IMG/VR virus record: IMGVR_UViG_3300033183_000058
Location: 1 to 64,000 of that record
DNA length: 64,000 nucleotides
Strand: one strand, 5' to 3'
Origin: a virus
In this document: positions 56,688 through 64,000 of the stretch, piece after piece
How the letters are laid out: every line of letters begins with the position of its first letter
How positions within the stretch are numbered: position 1 is the first letter of the stretch
Notes under the pieces: generated by a model
Told to the model about the DNA's origin: nothing
The model's database searches: none
Seen by the model: only the letters and a program-made list of their open reading frames with translations
Position numbers and translations under genes: made by a program

Positions 56688-56909
56688 ATGACACTCAATG
56701 AAATGTATGACAGACCTCAACCTGGTTACCAAGACGTAGAAGACGATCAAGGTCAAGTTAAACTAGGTGATTTACGCAAAACTAAACTGACTCTTAAACA
56801 GATCAGTAAGATGCGTCAAATGAATGACGTCCGTGCATTTGAGAATGATCAAAAGCTAAAACGCATACAAAAACAGTATGCTCCAGCACCAGAAGCACCA
56901 AGTTTCTAA
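56688..56909 (+). CDS. Small head-module protein (73 aa)
   Basis: Between portal and prohead core genes; late box 5 nt upstream. Confidence 0.7.
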   Translation: MTLNEMYDRPQPGYQDVEDDQGQVKLGDLRKTKLTLKQISKMRQMNDVRAFENDQKLKRIQKQYAPAPEAPSF

Positions 56910-57019
56910 TAATATTATAAAAATATTACATTTCTGACCATTTTTAGGCTAAAAAACACCCATATATTCCTAAAACCTGTAAATAAGTTACACTAGCCCC
57001 ATATATGGAGAATTAAAAC

Positions 57020-57787
57020 ATGAATAAATTTGAACAACTTATCGAATACATCATTAATGATGAAGAAGATAAAGCTAAAGAGTTGTTCCACGAAGTAGTA
57101 GTGGAAAAATCTCGTGATATCTACGAGAGCTTAATGGCTGAAGAAGAAACAGTTGAAGAATCAACAGAAGAAACAGTTGAAGAAGCAACTGAAGAAACAG
57201 TAGAAGAAGGAACTGAAGAAGTTGCTGAAGACGCTGTTGAAGAATCAATCGAAGAAGAAATCACAGACGAAGAAATTGGTGGTGATGCCGCTGACGACTT
57301 AGTTGACGAAATTGAAGCAGACGAAGAAGGCATCGCTCTTGAAGGTGAAGAAGACGAAGATTTAGAAGATCGTGTTGTTGACTTAGAAGACAAATTAGAC
57401 GAATTAATGGCTGAATTTGAAGAGTTAATGGCTGATCAAGACGCTGAAGAAGCACCAGAAGAAGAAGGCGACATGGAAATGGGCGACGAAGCTGAAGAAG
57501 AAGGCGAAGAAGAAGAGGAAGTTGAAATGCCAATGGAATCTGAAGAAGAGATCGCTGAAGAAACAGAAGAAGAGCAAGTTGACGAAGCAGTATCATTAAA
57601 GCCAGTTAAGGCTGATAACGCTGATCACGCTACTAACAAAACATCTCCAACACCAACAAACGGTGGTGCTAAAGAGAAGTTAGCAGATGCTCATCCAGCT
57701 AAAACAGAAGAAGAAAAAGGCGCTCCTGCTCCTAAGGCAAAAGAATTGCCACATGGAACTACAGAGCCTGATCCAAAAAAAGTTTAA
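57020..57787 (+). CDS. Highly acidic prohead core protein (gp67-like position)
   Basis: Glu/Asp-rich; GGAG SD; directly upstream of gp21. Confidence 0.7.
   Translation: MNKFEQLIEYIINDEEDKAKELFHEVVVEKSRDIYESLMAEEETVEESTEETVEEATEETVEEGTEEVAEDAVEESIEEEITDEEIGGDAADDLVDEIEADEEGIALEGEEDEDLEDRVVDLEDKLDELMAEFEELMADQDAEEAPEEEGDMEMGDEAEEEGEEEEEVEMPMESEEEIAEETEEEQVDEAVSLKPVKADNADHATNKTSPTPTNGGAKEKLADAHPAKTEEEKGAPAPKAKELPHGTTEPDPKKV
57143..57214 (+). repeat. Three tandem 24-nt repeats encoding EETVEE(S/A/G)T
   Basis: GAAGAAACAGTTGAAGAATCAACA / GAAGAAACAGTTGAAGAAGCAACT / GAAGAAACAGTAGAAGAAGGAACT. Confidence 0.85.
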
Positions 57788-57804
57788 TTTAGGAATCTAC
57801 TAAA

Positions 57805-58431
57805 ATGGCAATGCACCTTAAGGAACACTTGAACTATAATGCGGCGAACATCATCGTTGAAGGTTCAGAGTCAGGCAAAGACCTTTACATGAAAGGTATT
57901 TGTATCCAGGGTGGTGTAAAAAACGCCAATGAGCGAGTATATCCAGTGAAGGAAATTGAGAATGCAGTTAAGACACTCAATGAACAAATTACTGGTGGTT
58001 ACTCAGTTTTAGGTGAAGTAGATCACCCAGATGACTTAAAAATTAACCTAGACCGTGTAAGCCATATGATCACAGAAATGTGGATGGATGGCCCAAACGG
58101 CTATGGTAAATTAAAGATTTTACCAACACCAATGGGTAAACTAGTAGAAACTATGTTGACCTCAGGTGTTAAATTAGGAGTTTCAAGCCGAGGAAGCGGT
58201 AACGTTTCTGAAAGCGACGGACAAGTCAGTGATTTTGAAATTATCACTGTCGATGTAGTGTCACAGCCTAGTGCTCCAAATGCTTATCCTACAGCGATTT
58301 ATGAAGGTCTTATGAATATGAGACACGGTCATAAAGTATTGGATATGGCTAAAGAGGCTAACGGTGACGCCAAAGTGCAGAGATACTTGAAGAGTGAAGT
58401 TATGCGACTCATCAAGGATCTCAAATTATAG
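57805..58431 (+). CDS. gp21: Prohead protease gp21
   Basis: KNANERVYP, LGEVDHP, INLDRVSH, LGVSSRGSG, DVVSQPSAPNA. Confidence 0.96.
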   Translation: MAMHLKEHLNYNAANIIVEGSESGKDLYMKGICIQGGVKNANERVYPVKEIENAVKTLNEQITGGYSVLGEVDHPDDLKINLDRVSHMITEMWMDGPNGYGKLKILPTPMGKLVETMLTSGVKLGVSSRGSGNVSESDGQVSDFEIITVDVVSQPSAPNAYPTAIYEGLMNMRHGHKVLDMAKEANGDAKVQRYLKSEVMRLIKDLKL

Positions 58432-58440
58432 GAGAATGGC

Positions 58441-59532
58441 ATGCTAGATGTTATAAAACCATTGCTCGATAGCGACTTAGTTAACGAAGAAACACGCAAC
58501 GAAATCAACGAAGCGTGGGAATCTAAGTTAAATGAAGTTCGCGATCAAGTTCGTGCAGAAATCCGCGAGGAATTCGCACAGAAGTATGAACACGACAAAA
58601 CAACAATGGTTGAAGCAATCGATCGCATGGTAACAGAAAGTCTTGAAACTGAACTTGCTGACGTTAAAGCAGAAAAAGCTCAGTTAGCAGAAGATCGTGT
58701 TAACCAAGTTAACAAAATGAAAGAATCTGCAGAAAAATTTAATAACTTTATGGTTACTAAGTTAGCAGAAGAAATCAAAGATCTTCGTGAAGACCGCAAA
58801 CAACACGGTGCTACAATGGAAAAATTGGAAAACTTTGTTGTTGCTCAATTAGCAGAAGAGATTAAAGAATTTGCACAAGATAAACAAGATGTTGTTGAAA
58901 CTAAAGTTAAACTTGTTGCAGAGGCTCGTGAGAAACTAGAAGAACTTAAAACTAAGTTCGTTACAGAATCAAGCGAAAAAATGTCAACTGCTGTTGCCAA
59001 GCACTTGAAAGCTGAACTTTCTCAATTACAGGAAGATATCAAAGTTGCTCGTGAGAACAGTTTTGGTAGAAAAATCTTTGAAACATTTGCTAGTGAATTC
59101 GCAGGCACTCATTTAAACGAGAATGCTGAGATCCGCAAGTTAATGGCTCAAATCGAAGAAAAGAACCAGCAATTAGAGGAATCAACCAAGGCACTCGACG
59201 AAACAAGAATGTTGGTCGAAGCCAAAGAAAGAGATATCCGCATTATTAACGAAACTAACGAGCGTAATGCTAAGTTAGATGAATTGCTTGAAACGTTGAA
59301 TGACGAAAAAGCAGAAGTGATGCGTAATTTATTAGAAGGCGTTCAAACTAAGAAATTAGAGAATGCTTTTAACAAGTATCTCCCAGCGGTGCTTAACGAG
59401 AATGTAGTGAAGTCTAAGAAAGCGACACTTACAGAATCTGTTAAGGAAGTTACTGGGGATAAACCTGCGCCAGTTGAAGCAAAAGATGATGACTCACAAG
59501 TTATCGACTTACGCAAATTGGCCGGACTATAA
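58441..59532 (+). CDS. gp22: Prohead scaffolding protein gp22-like
   Basis: Long Glu/Lys coiled coil between gp21 and gp23. Confidence 0.8.
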   Translation: MLDVIKPLLDSDLVNEETRNEINEAWESKLNEVRDQVRAEIREEFAQKYEHDKTTMVEAIDRMVTESLETELADVKAEKAQLAEDRVNQVNKMKESAEKFNNFMVTKLAEEIKDLREDRKQHGATMEKLENFVVAQLAEEIKEFAQDKQDVVETKVKLVAEAREKLEELKTKFVTESSEKMSTAVAKHLKAELSQLQEDIKVARENSFGRKIFETFASEFAGTHLNENAEIRKLMAQIEEKNQQLEESTKALDETRMLVEAKERDIRIINETNERNAKLDELLETLNDEKAEVMRNLLEGVQTKKLENAFNKYLPAVLNENVVKSKKATLTESVKEVTGDKPAPVEAKDDDSQVIDLRKLAGL

Positions 59533-59554
59533 GTAAAGACATTAGGAGAAAGAT

Positions 59555-60730
59555 ATGTCACAAGAACTACTTGAAAGCCGTTGGGGTGAAACTAAAGAAG
59601 CATTATTAGAAGGCCTCCAAGGTAATAAGAAAAATTCAATGGGTGTTGTTTTAGAAAACACTCGTAAGCACTTGATGGAGACATCAGCGGCTGGCACAAC
59701 AACAGCTGGTAACGTTGCTACATTAAACCGTGTGATCCTTCCAGTGATCAGACGTGTGATGCCAACAGTTATCGCTAACGAAATCGTTGGTGTTCAACCA
59801 ATGACAGGCCCAGTTGGTCAAATCCATACATTAAGAGTGCGTTATGCAGAAACAAACAATGCTACTGGCACTGCTAACGATGTAACAGCAGGTGACGAAG
59901 CATTATCACCATTCAAGATTGCTACTGCATATTCTGGTGATGGCACTGCAGGTAATGCAGATGTAACAGCGGCTAAAGAAGGAACAGGCGGTCGTAAGAT
60001 CTCAGTTCAAATCTTGAAACAAGCTGTTGAAGCAAAAACACGTAAATTACAAGCACGTTGGACATTTGAAGCGGCTCAAGATGCACAAGCTATGCACGGC
60101 ATCGACGTAGAAGCAGAAATCATGGCGGCTTTAGCACAAGAAATTACTGCTGAAATCGATCAAGAAATCTTAGCATCTTTACGTTCATTAGCGGCTACAG
60201 AGTTCACATACAACCAGAACACAGTTTCAGGCACAGCGACATTCGTTGGTGACGAGCATGCGGCACTTGCTGTTTTAATTAACAGAACTGCTAACTTGAT
60301 CGCTCAAAGAACACGTCGTGGCGCAGGTAACTGGGCTGTTGTATCTCCAGCGGCATTAACAGTATTACAATCTGCTACAACTTCAGCGTTCGCAAGATCA
60401 ACTGAAGGCACATTTGAAGCACCAACAAACACTAAATTCGTTGGCACATTAAACGGTGCTATGAAAGTTTATGTTGACTCATATGCTTCAGATTCTACAG
60501 CAGTATTAGTTGGTTACAAAGGCTCAAGCGAATCAGATGCGGCGGCGTTCTATTGCCCATACGTTCCACTAATGAGCTCAGGTGTTGTTTTAGATCCATC
60601 AACATTTGAACCAGTAGTATCATTCTTAACACGTTATGGCTACGTAGAATTAACAAACACAGCATCATCATTTGGTAATGCTGGTGACTACGTGGGAGAA
60701 ATTGCTGTTTCTAACTTATCATTCTCATAA
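59555..60730 (+). CDS. gp23: Major capsid protein gp23
   Basis: LPVIRRVMP..IANEIVGVQPMTGPVGQI, VEAKTRKLQARWTFE.AQD, LAQEITAEID, FYCPYVPL, TRYG. Confidence 0.97.
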   Translation: MSQELLESRWGETKEALLEGLQGNKKNSMGVVLENTRKHLMETSAAGTTTAGNVATLNRVILPVIRRVMPTVIANEIVGVQPMTGPVGQIHTLRVRYAETNNATGTANDVTAGDEALSPFKIATAYSGDGTAGNADVTAAKEGTGGRKISVQILKQAVEAKTRKLQARWTFEAAQDAQAMHGIDVEAEIMAALAQEITAEIDQEILASLRSLAATEFTYNQNTVSGTATFVGDEHAALAVLINRTANLIAQRTRRGAGNWAVVSPAALTVLQSATTSAFARSTEGTFEAPTNTKFVGTLNGAMKVYVDSYASDSTAVLVGYKGSSESDAAAFYCPYVPLMSSGVVLDPSTFEPVVSFLTRYGYVELTNTASSFGNAGDYVGEIAVSNLSFS

Positions 60731-60757
60731 GTTGATACAGCACACGCTGTTAACATT

Positions 60758-60788
60758 AAAAGAGGACTTTTCGGAGTCCTCTTTTTTT
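60758..60788 (+). terminator. Rho-independent terminator after gp23
   Basis: AGAGGACTT-TTCG-GAGTCCTCT stem-loop then T-run. Confidence 0.92.
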
Positions 60789-60800
60789 GACTCAAATTTC

Positions 60801-60808
60801 TATAAATA
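60801..60808 (+). promoter_or_regulatory. T4-type late promoter TATAAATA
   Basis: Perfect consensus just after the terminator. Confidence 0.85.
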
Positions 60809-60813
60809 CTATT

Positions 60814-60901
60814 ACTCGCACACGGGGTGCGTTTTTATGCTGTTACCATATCAGCGTAGCGGATAGAACCCGCATTGGACTTCTATAAGGAGAAATATAA
60901 A
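60814..60901 (+). promoter_or_regulatory. Structured 5' leader (four hairpins, last covering the SD)
   Basis: CGCAC/GTGCG, TATGCTG/CAGCGTA, GCGG/CCGC, CTTCT/AGGAG stems. Confidence 0.5.
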
Positions 60902-61258
60902 ATGGGTAGACCAATAGACAAATACTTTTTAGGTGCAACCGGCGGTTCGCCAGCAACTATTCCAGTTCGTGCAGACATTAGTGGAACAGACTTTGAAGGT
61001 TACATCGTTAATCAAAAAGGTTCTAAAACTTTCACAGTATCAAACGACGCAGGCACACTTCAAGGTGAATGTGTTTTAGTTGACAAAGTTAACGGTCACG
61101 ATGCAGGCGAAATGTCTATCGTTGGCTTAGCAGACGGTTCTGCGACAACGATTCAAAAGATCACAGCTCACAAAGCAGTTGACTATAATGGCAACGCTTA
61201 CTCATGGGCAGTGGCAGACGATTCATCTGAATCACTATTAATCTTAACAGCACTATAA
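60902..61258 (+). CDS. Putative virion protein (118 aa, MGRPIDK...)
   Basis: AGGAG SD 9 nt upstream of ATG 60902; follows gp23. Confidence 0.75.
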   Translation: MGRPIDKYFLGATGGSPATIPVRADISGTDFEGYIVNQKGSKTFTVSNDAGTLQGECVLVDKVNGHDAGEMSIVGLADGSATTIQKITAHKAVDYNGNAYSWAVADDSSESLLILTAL

Positions 61259-61281
61259 TTTAAGATTATTATCGACGCAAG

Positions 61282-61316
61282 TCCCTTCTTAGTAAATACT
61301 CTAAGAAGGGATTTTT
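61282..61316 (+). terminator. Terminator hairpin whose loop is a late-promoter box
   Basis: TCCCTTCTTAG-TAAATACT-CTAAGAAGGGA perfect 11-bp stem then TTTTT. Confidence 0.7.
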
Positions 61317-61895
61317 ATGACAGTAGCATTTGTATTAGGTAATGGTAAAAGTAGACTAGCAATAGATCCACAACAGGATCTAATAGGTAGAGGAACCATA
61401 TATGGTTGTAATGCTATATACAGAGATTTCATGCCACAGGTTCTTGTGTCAACAGACAAACCAATATCAGATCAAATACAACTTGAGGGAATACCTGAGC
61501 GTGTAAAGCACTGGACACGCAGACCTTTACCAGATTCAAAGTCACTAAAGATAGAGAGACCATACTATGGCATGAGCTCAGGACCAGTTGCCATAAGCCG
61601 TGCGGCCATAGATGGACATACACACATATACTTTATTGGGTTTGATCTAGGATCACCTGATGGTCTACTTAACAATGTCTACGGTGGCACAGAATTCTAT
61701 AAAGCCAATACCGATAAAGCAACGTTTGCGGGTAACTGGGTTTATCAAATAGATCAGATAGCAGATCTACATAGAAAATCAATATTCTTTCGAGTTCTTG
61801 GTCAAGAATCTACAGCAATTAAATTTAAAAATAAATGGAAGAACATTGAGGATATCTCAATGGAGCAGTTTAAACTGAAGATAAATAAGTTGTAA
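61317..61895 (+). CDS. Rossmann-like protein resembling DUF115/MptE/Maf-type transferase folds
   Basis: VLGNGKS, YGCNA, LVSTD, SSG..A, IYFIGFD motifs. Confidence 0.55.
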   Translation: MTVAFVLGNGKSRLAIDPQQDLIGRGTIYGCNAIYRDFMPQVLVSTDKPISDQIQLEGIPERVKHWTRRPLPDSKSLKIERPYYGMSSGPVAISRAAIDGHTHIYFIGFDLGSPDGLLNNVYGGTEFYKANTDKATFAGNWVYQIDQIADLHRKSIFFRVLGQESTAIKFKNKWKNIEDISMEQFKLKINKL

Positions 61896-61908
61896 ATAGG
61901 ACAGGACC

Positions 61909-62580
61909 ATGGCAACAGTAAAAAGAACATCAGGTGATTACAACATATACACATACGATGCCGCAGGCAACGTAGATGGTAACGTAGGTATCACTACACA
62001 TACAGTTACTATCACTGGTAACCTCAACGTATTAGGAACAACTACCGAAGTTACTTCAACAGATACAGTTATTGCTGATAGATTGATTACACTTAACAAT
62101 GGTGAATCAGGCGCTGGCGTAACTGGTAACTTATCTGGCATTGAAGTTGATCGAGGCACAGAAACAAATGCTAGACTTGTTTATGTTGAGTCAACAGATA
62201 TGTGGTCAATTGACAACGGTGACGGAACTGTAGTTGCTATCGCTACATCAGTATCTGGCAACGCAGGCTTAGATAACATTGTAGAAGATACAACACCACA
62301 ACTAGGTGGCGACTTAGATGTTAATGGTCAAAGCATTGTGTCAGCAAGTAACGGTAATATTGTTATTGCCGCCAACGGCACAGGTATTTTACACGTTGAT
62401 GGTTCAGCAGTAAGATTACAAAATGAAGGATCAGATCCAACAGGGCAATCAGGTTACACAACTGTTTATGCTAAAACAGCAGGGTCAGGCGGCACAGGTC
62501 TATATGCTGTGTCAGGATCAACATCCGCAGACGAATTAGTAAGCAAATCAAAAGCCGTAGTATTCGGTATTATATTTTAG
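61909..62580 (+). CDS. Virion structural/fibre-like protein
   Basis: ITGNLNVLGTTT, D.LITLNNGE, GIEVDRG, DTTPQLGGDLDVNG motifs; late box at 61881-61887. Confidence 0.7.
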   Translation: MATVKRTSGDYNIYTYDAAGNVDGNVGITTHTVTITGNLNVLGTTTEVTSTDTVIADRLITLNNGESGAGVTGNLSGIEVDRGTETNARLVYVESTDMWSIDNGDGTVVAIATSVSGNAGLDNIVEDTTPQLGGDLDVNGQSIVSASNGNIVIAANGTGILHVDGSAVRLQNEGSDPTGQSGYTTVYAKTAGSGGTGLYAVSGSTSADELVSKSKAVVFGIIF

Positions 62581-62590
62581 GAAGTAACAA

Positions 62591-62905
62591 ATGGCAATTT
62601 CAACAAACGCAGTAGGAAATACAGCAACAACAGTTTACACATCAAGTGGTAATACAGCAATTACATACATGACGTTTACTAATCACACTGCATCAACAGT
62701 AGCAATTGATATCAATGTAGTGCCAAGTGGTGATTCAGTTGGTAATGTAAACTTAATTGCAGATTCTTTAGATGTAGCGGCCAATGATACATATCAAATT
62801 TATGCATCAGGTGAAAAGTTATTGTTAGAAAACGGTGACTTTGTTAGTGCAACATGTAATACAGCGTCGGCACTAAACTGTGTAGTATCATACACTTCTA
62901 TCTAA
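62591..62905 (+). CDS. Small virion structural protein
   Basis: Beta-rich 104-aa ORF with SD, in late operon. Confidence 0.65.
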   Translation: MAISTNAVGNTATTVYTSSGNTAITYMTFTNHTASTVAIDINVVPSGDSVGNVNLIADSLDVAANDTYQIYASGEKLLLENGDFVSATCNTASALNCVVSYTSI

Positions 62906-62913
62906 GGTAATCT

Positions 62914-63330
62914 ATGTCAACAGGTAGATTTTTAAAAGAGCCAGTTATAGCAACTACTGCTAAAAGTATTGGCGTGCCAACTGGTAGCACTGCTACCAGA
63001 CCTGAAGCACCTACCTTTGGCACATTTAGATATAATTCAGACGTGGGTCGTTTAGAATATTATAACGGCACAGCATTTAAACAAGTAGCACTTGACGGTG
63101 AGAAAACAATGACTGTTGACACTTTTACAGGTGACGGCACAACAGCAACATTTACACTATCAGAAACTCCAACAGGCACAGGACAAATTCTAGTGTTCAT
63201 CAGTGGTGTTCATCAAGAACCAGACACTCACTATACTCTAGCAACAGACGATCTTATTTTCAACGAACCAGTTCCAGACCTGGAAACTATTACAGTTATT
63301 ATTGGTATGGGCGAAACTCCAGATTCTTAA
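62914..63330 (+). CDS. Virion structural protein
   Basis: VPTGSTATRP..G.FRYN...LEYY and TGDGTTATFTL..ILVFISGVHQEP fibre/baseplate motifs. Confidence 0.7.
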   Translation: MSTGRFLKEPVIATTAKSIGVPTGSTATRPEAPTFGTFRYNSDVGRLEYYNGTAFKQVALDGEKTMTVDTFTGDGTTATFTLSETPTGTGQILVFISGVHQEPDTHYTLATDDLIFNEPVPDLETITVIIGMGETPDS

Positions 63331-63334
63331 TTAG

Positions 63335-63432
63335 ATAAATAAACGCATAACCAACACGGTGTTGGGGACAAACCGAGGTAAACCTGCGATTGAACAAGGT
63401 TATCCGTGAAACACGGAGGATGAGGAGATACT
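63335..63432 (+). promoter_or_regulatory. Late promoter (ATAAATA 63335-63341) plus structured 5' leader
   Basis: Several stems including a GGGA tetraloop hairpin, ahead of GAGGAG SD. Confidence 0.55.
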
Positions 63433-64000
63433 ATGGCTCAAGGGCGAATTTCTGGTAGACTCTTGCGAGATGACCTTGCGAGAGATGACAACTTAACATT
63501 TGATACAAATACCCTAGTAGTTGATTACGGCAACTCTAAAGTTGGTATTGGCACGGTATCACCATCAGACATCCTCACAGTATCAGGCAACGCTACGCTT
63601 GGTAACATACAAGTTTCAAACAATCAAATAATTTCAGTCAATGCCAATGCACATATTGTGTTAAATCCAAATGGCACTGGTAACATTGACGTATCGTCAA
63701 CAACTATAAACAATTTATCAGATCCAACACAAGCACAAGATGCGGCCACTAAAGCCTATGTAGATTCACAAATGGCAAGCTCAATTGGCAACAGTATTGA
63801 CTTAGGCACAGCAACAGACGGAAATATAATAGATGGTGCTTATCTAGGCTGGACTACATCAACAAAAGTAACAGATGCTATTGATGACCTAAACGAAGTA
63901 ATGCTTAATGTTTACAATGATACTTTTGTAAGTTCAGTAGACTTTACAGCAGATGTAACATCAGGTGGTGCAGGCACTACAGTTACACTGACAATTACAC
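63433..64000 (+). CDS. 5' part of a tail-fibre-like protein (MAQGRISGRLLRDDLARD...), truncated by window end
   Basis: Manually translated; GAGGAG SD; VGIGT..PS..LTVSGN and DPTQAQDAATKAYVD fibre motifs; not in ORF track. Confidence 0.8.
   Translation, partial: MAQGRISGRLLRDDLARDDNLTFDTNTLVVDYGNSKVGIGTVSPSDILTVSGNATLGNIQVSNNQIISVNANAHIVLNPNGTGNIDVSSTTINNLSDPTQAQDAATKAYVDSQMASSIGNSIDLGTATDGNIIDGAYLGWTTSTKVTDAIDDLNEVMLNVYNDTFVSSVDFTADVTSGGAGTTVTLTIT

Noticed and set aside
57140-57600. GAA-rich repetitive tract as a possible CRISPR or other array
   Set aside because: Explained by a Glu-rich coding sequence; no constant repeat with unique spacers.

Overview
AT-rich 64-kb segment of a large T4-like (contractile-tail) bacteriophage genome; no cellular housekeeping genes, rRNA, tRNA or CRISPR array were seen. 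Layout: (i) 0.15-15 kb, minus strand: a tightly overlapping biosynthetic operon with three glycosyltransferase-like genes, five N-terminal-twitch radical SAM enzymes, an unannotated 33-aa basic peptide, a hexapeptide acyltransferase, a membrane fatty-acid desaturase, a NodU/CmcH carbamoyltransferase and an SGNH-like protein. (ii) 15-41.3 kb, minus strand: tail/baseplate module (fibre-like proteins, a 4467-aa wedge protein, gp6, gp25, gp5, hub, gp53-like, tube initiator). (iii) 41.4-50.7 kb, plus strand: late sigma factor gp55, gp47/gp46, a second cassette (two radical SAM paralogues, a B12-type radical SAM, an SDR), a minimal GIY-YIG nuclease and a ~420-nt highly structured non-coding region. 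(iv) 50.7-64 kb: sulfotransferase, gp26-like chaperone with a probable -1 frameshift, tape measure, portal, prohead core/protease/scaffold, major capsid and further virion genes. The best candidates for undescribed biology are the GIY-YIG + structured RNA pair and the eight-radical-SAM/glycosyl/carbamoyl/sulfo modification pathway embedded among virion genes. Also noted: apparent GCWGC avoidance, probable leaderless late mRNAs and two structured late 5' leaders. All protein calls are from motif recognition by eye; no database search or folding program was run.
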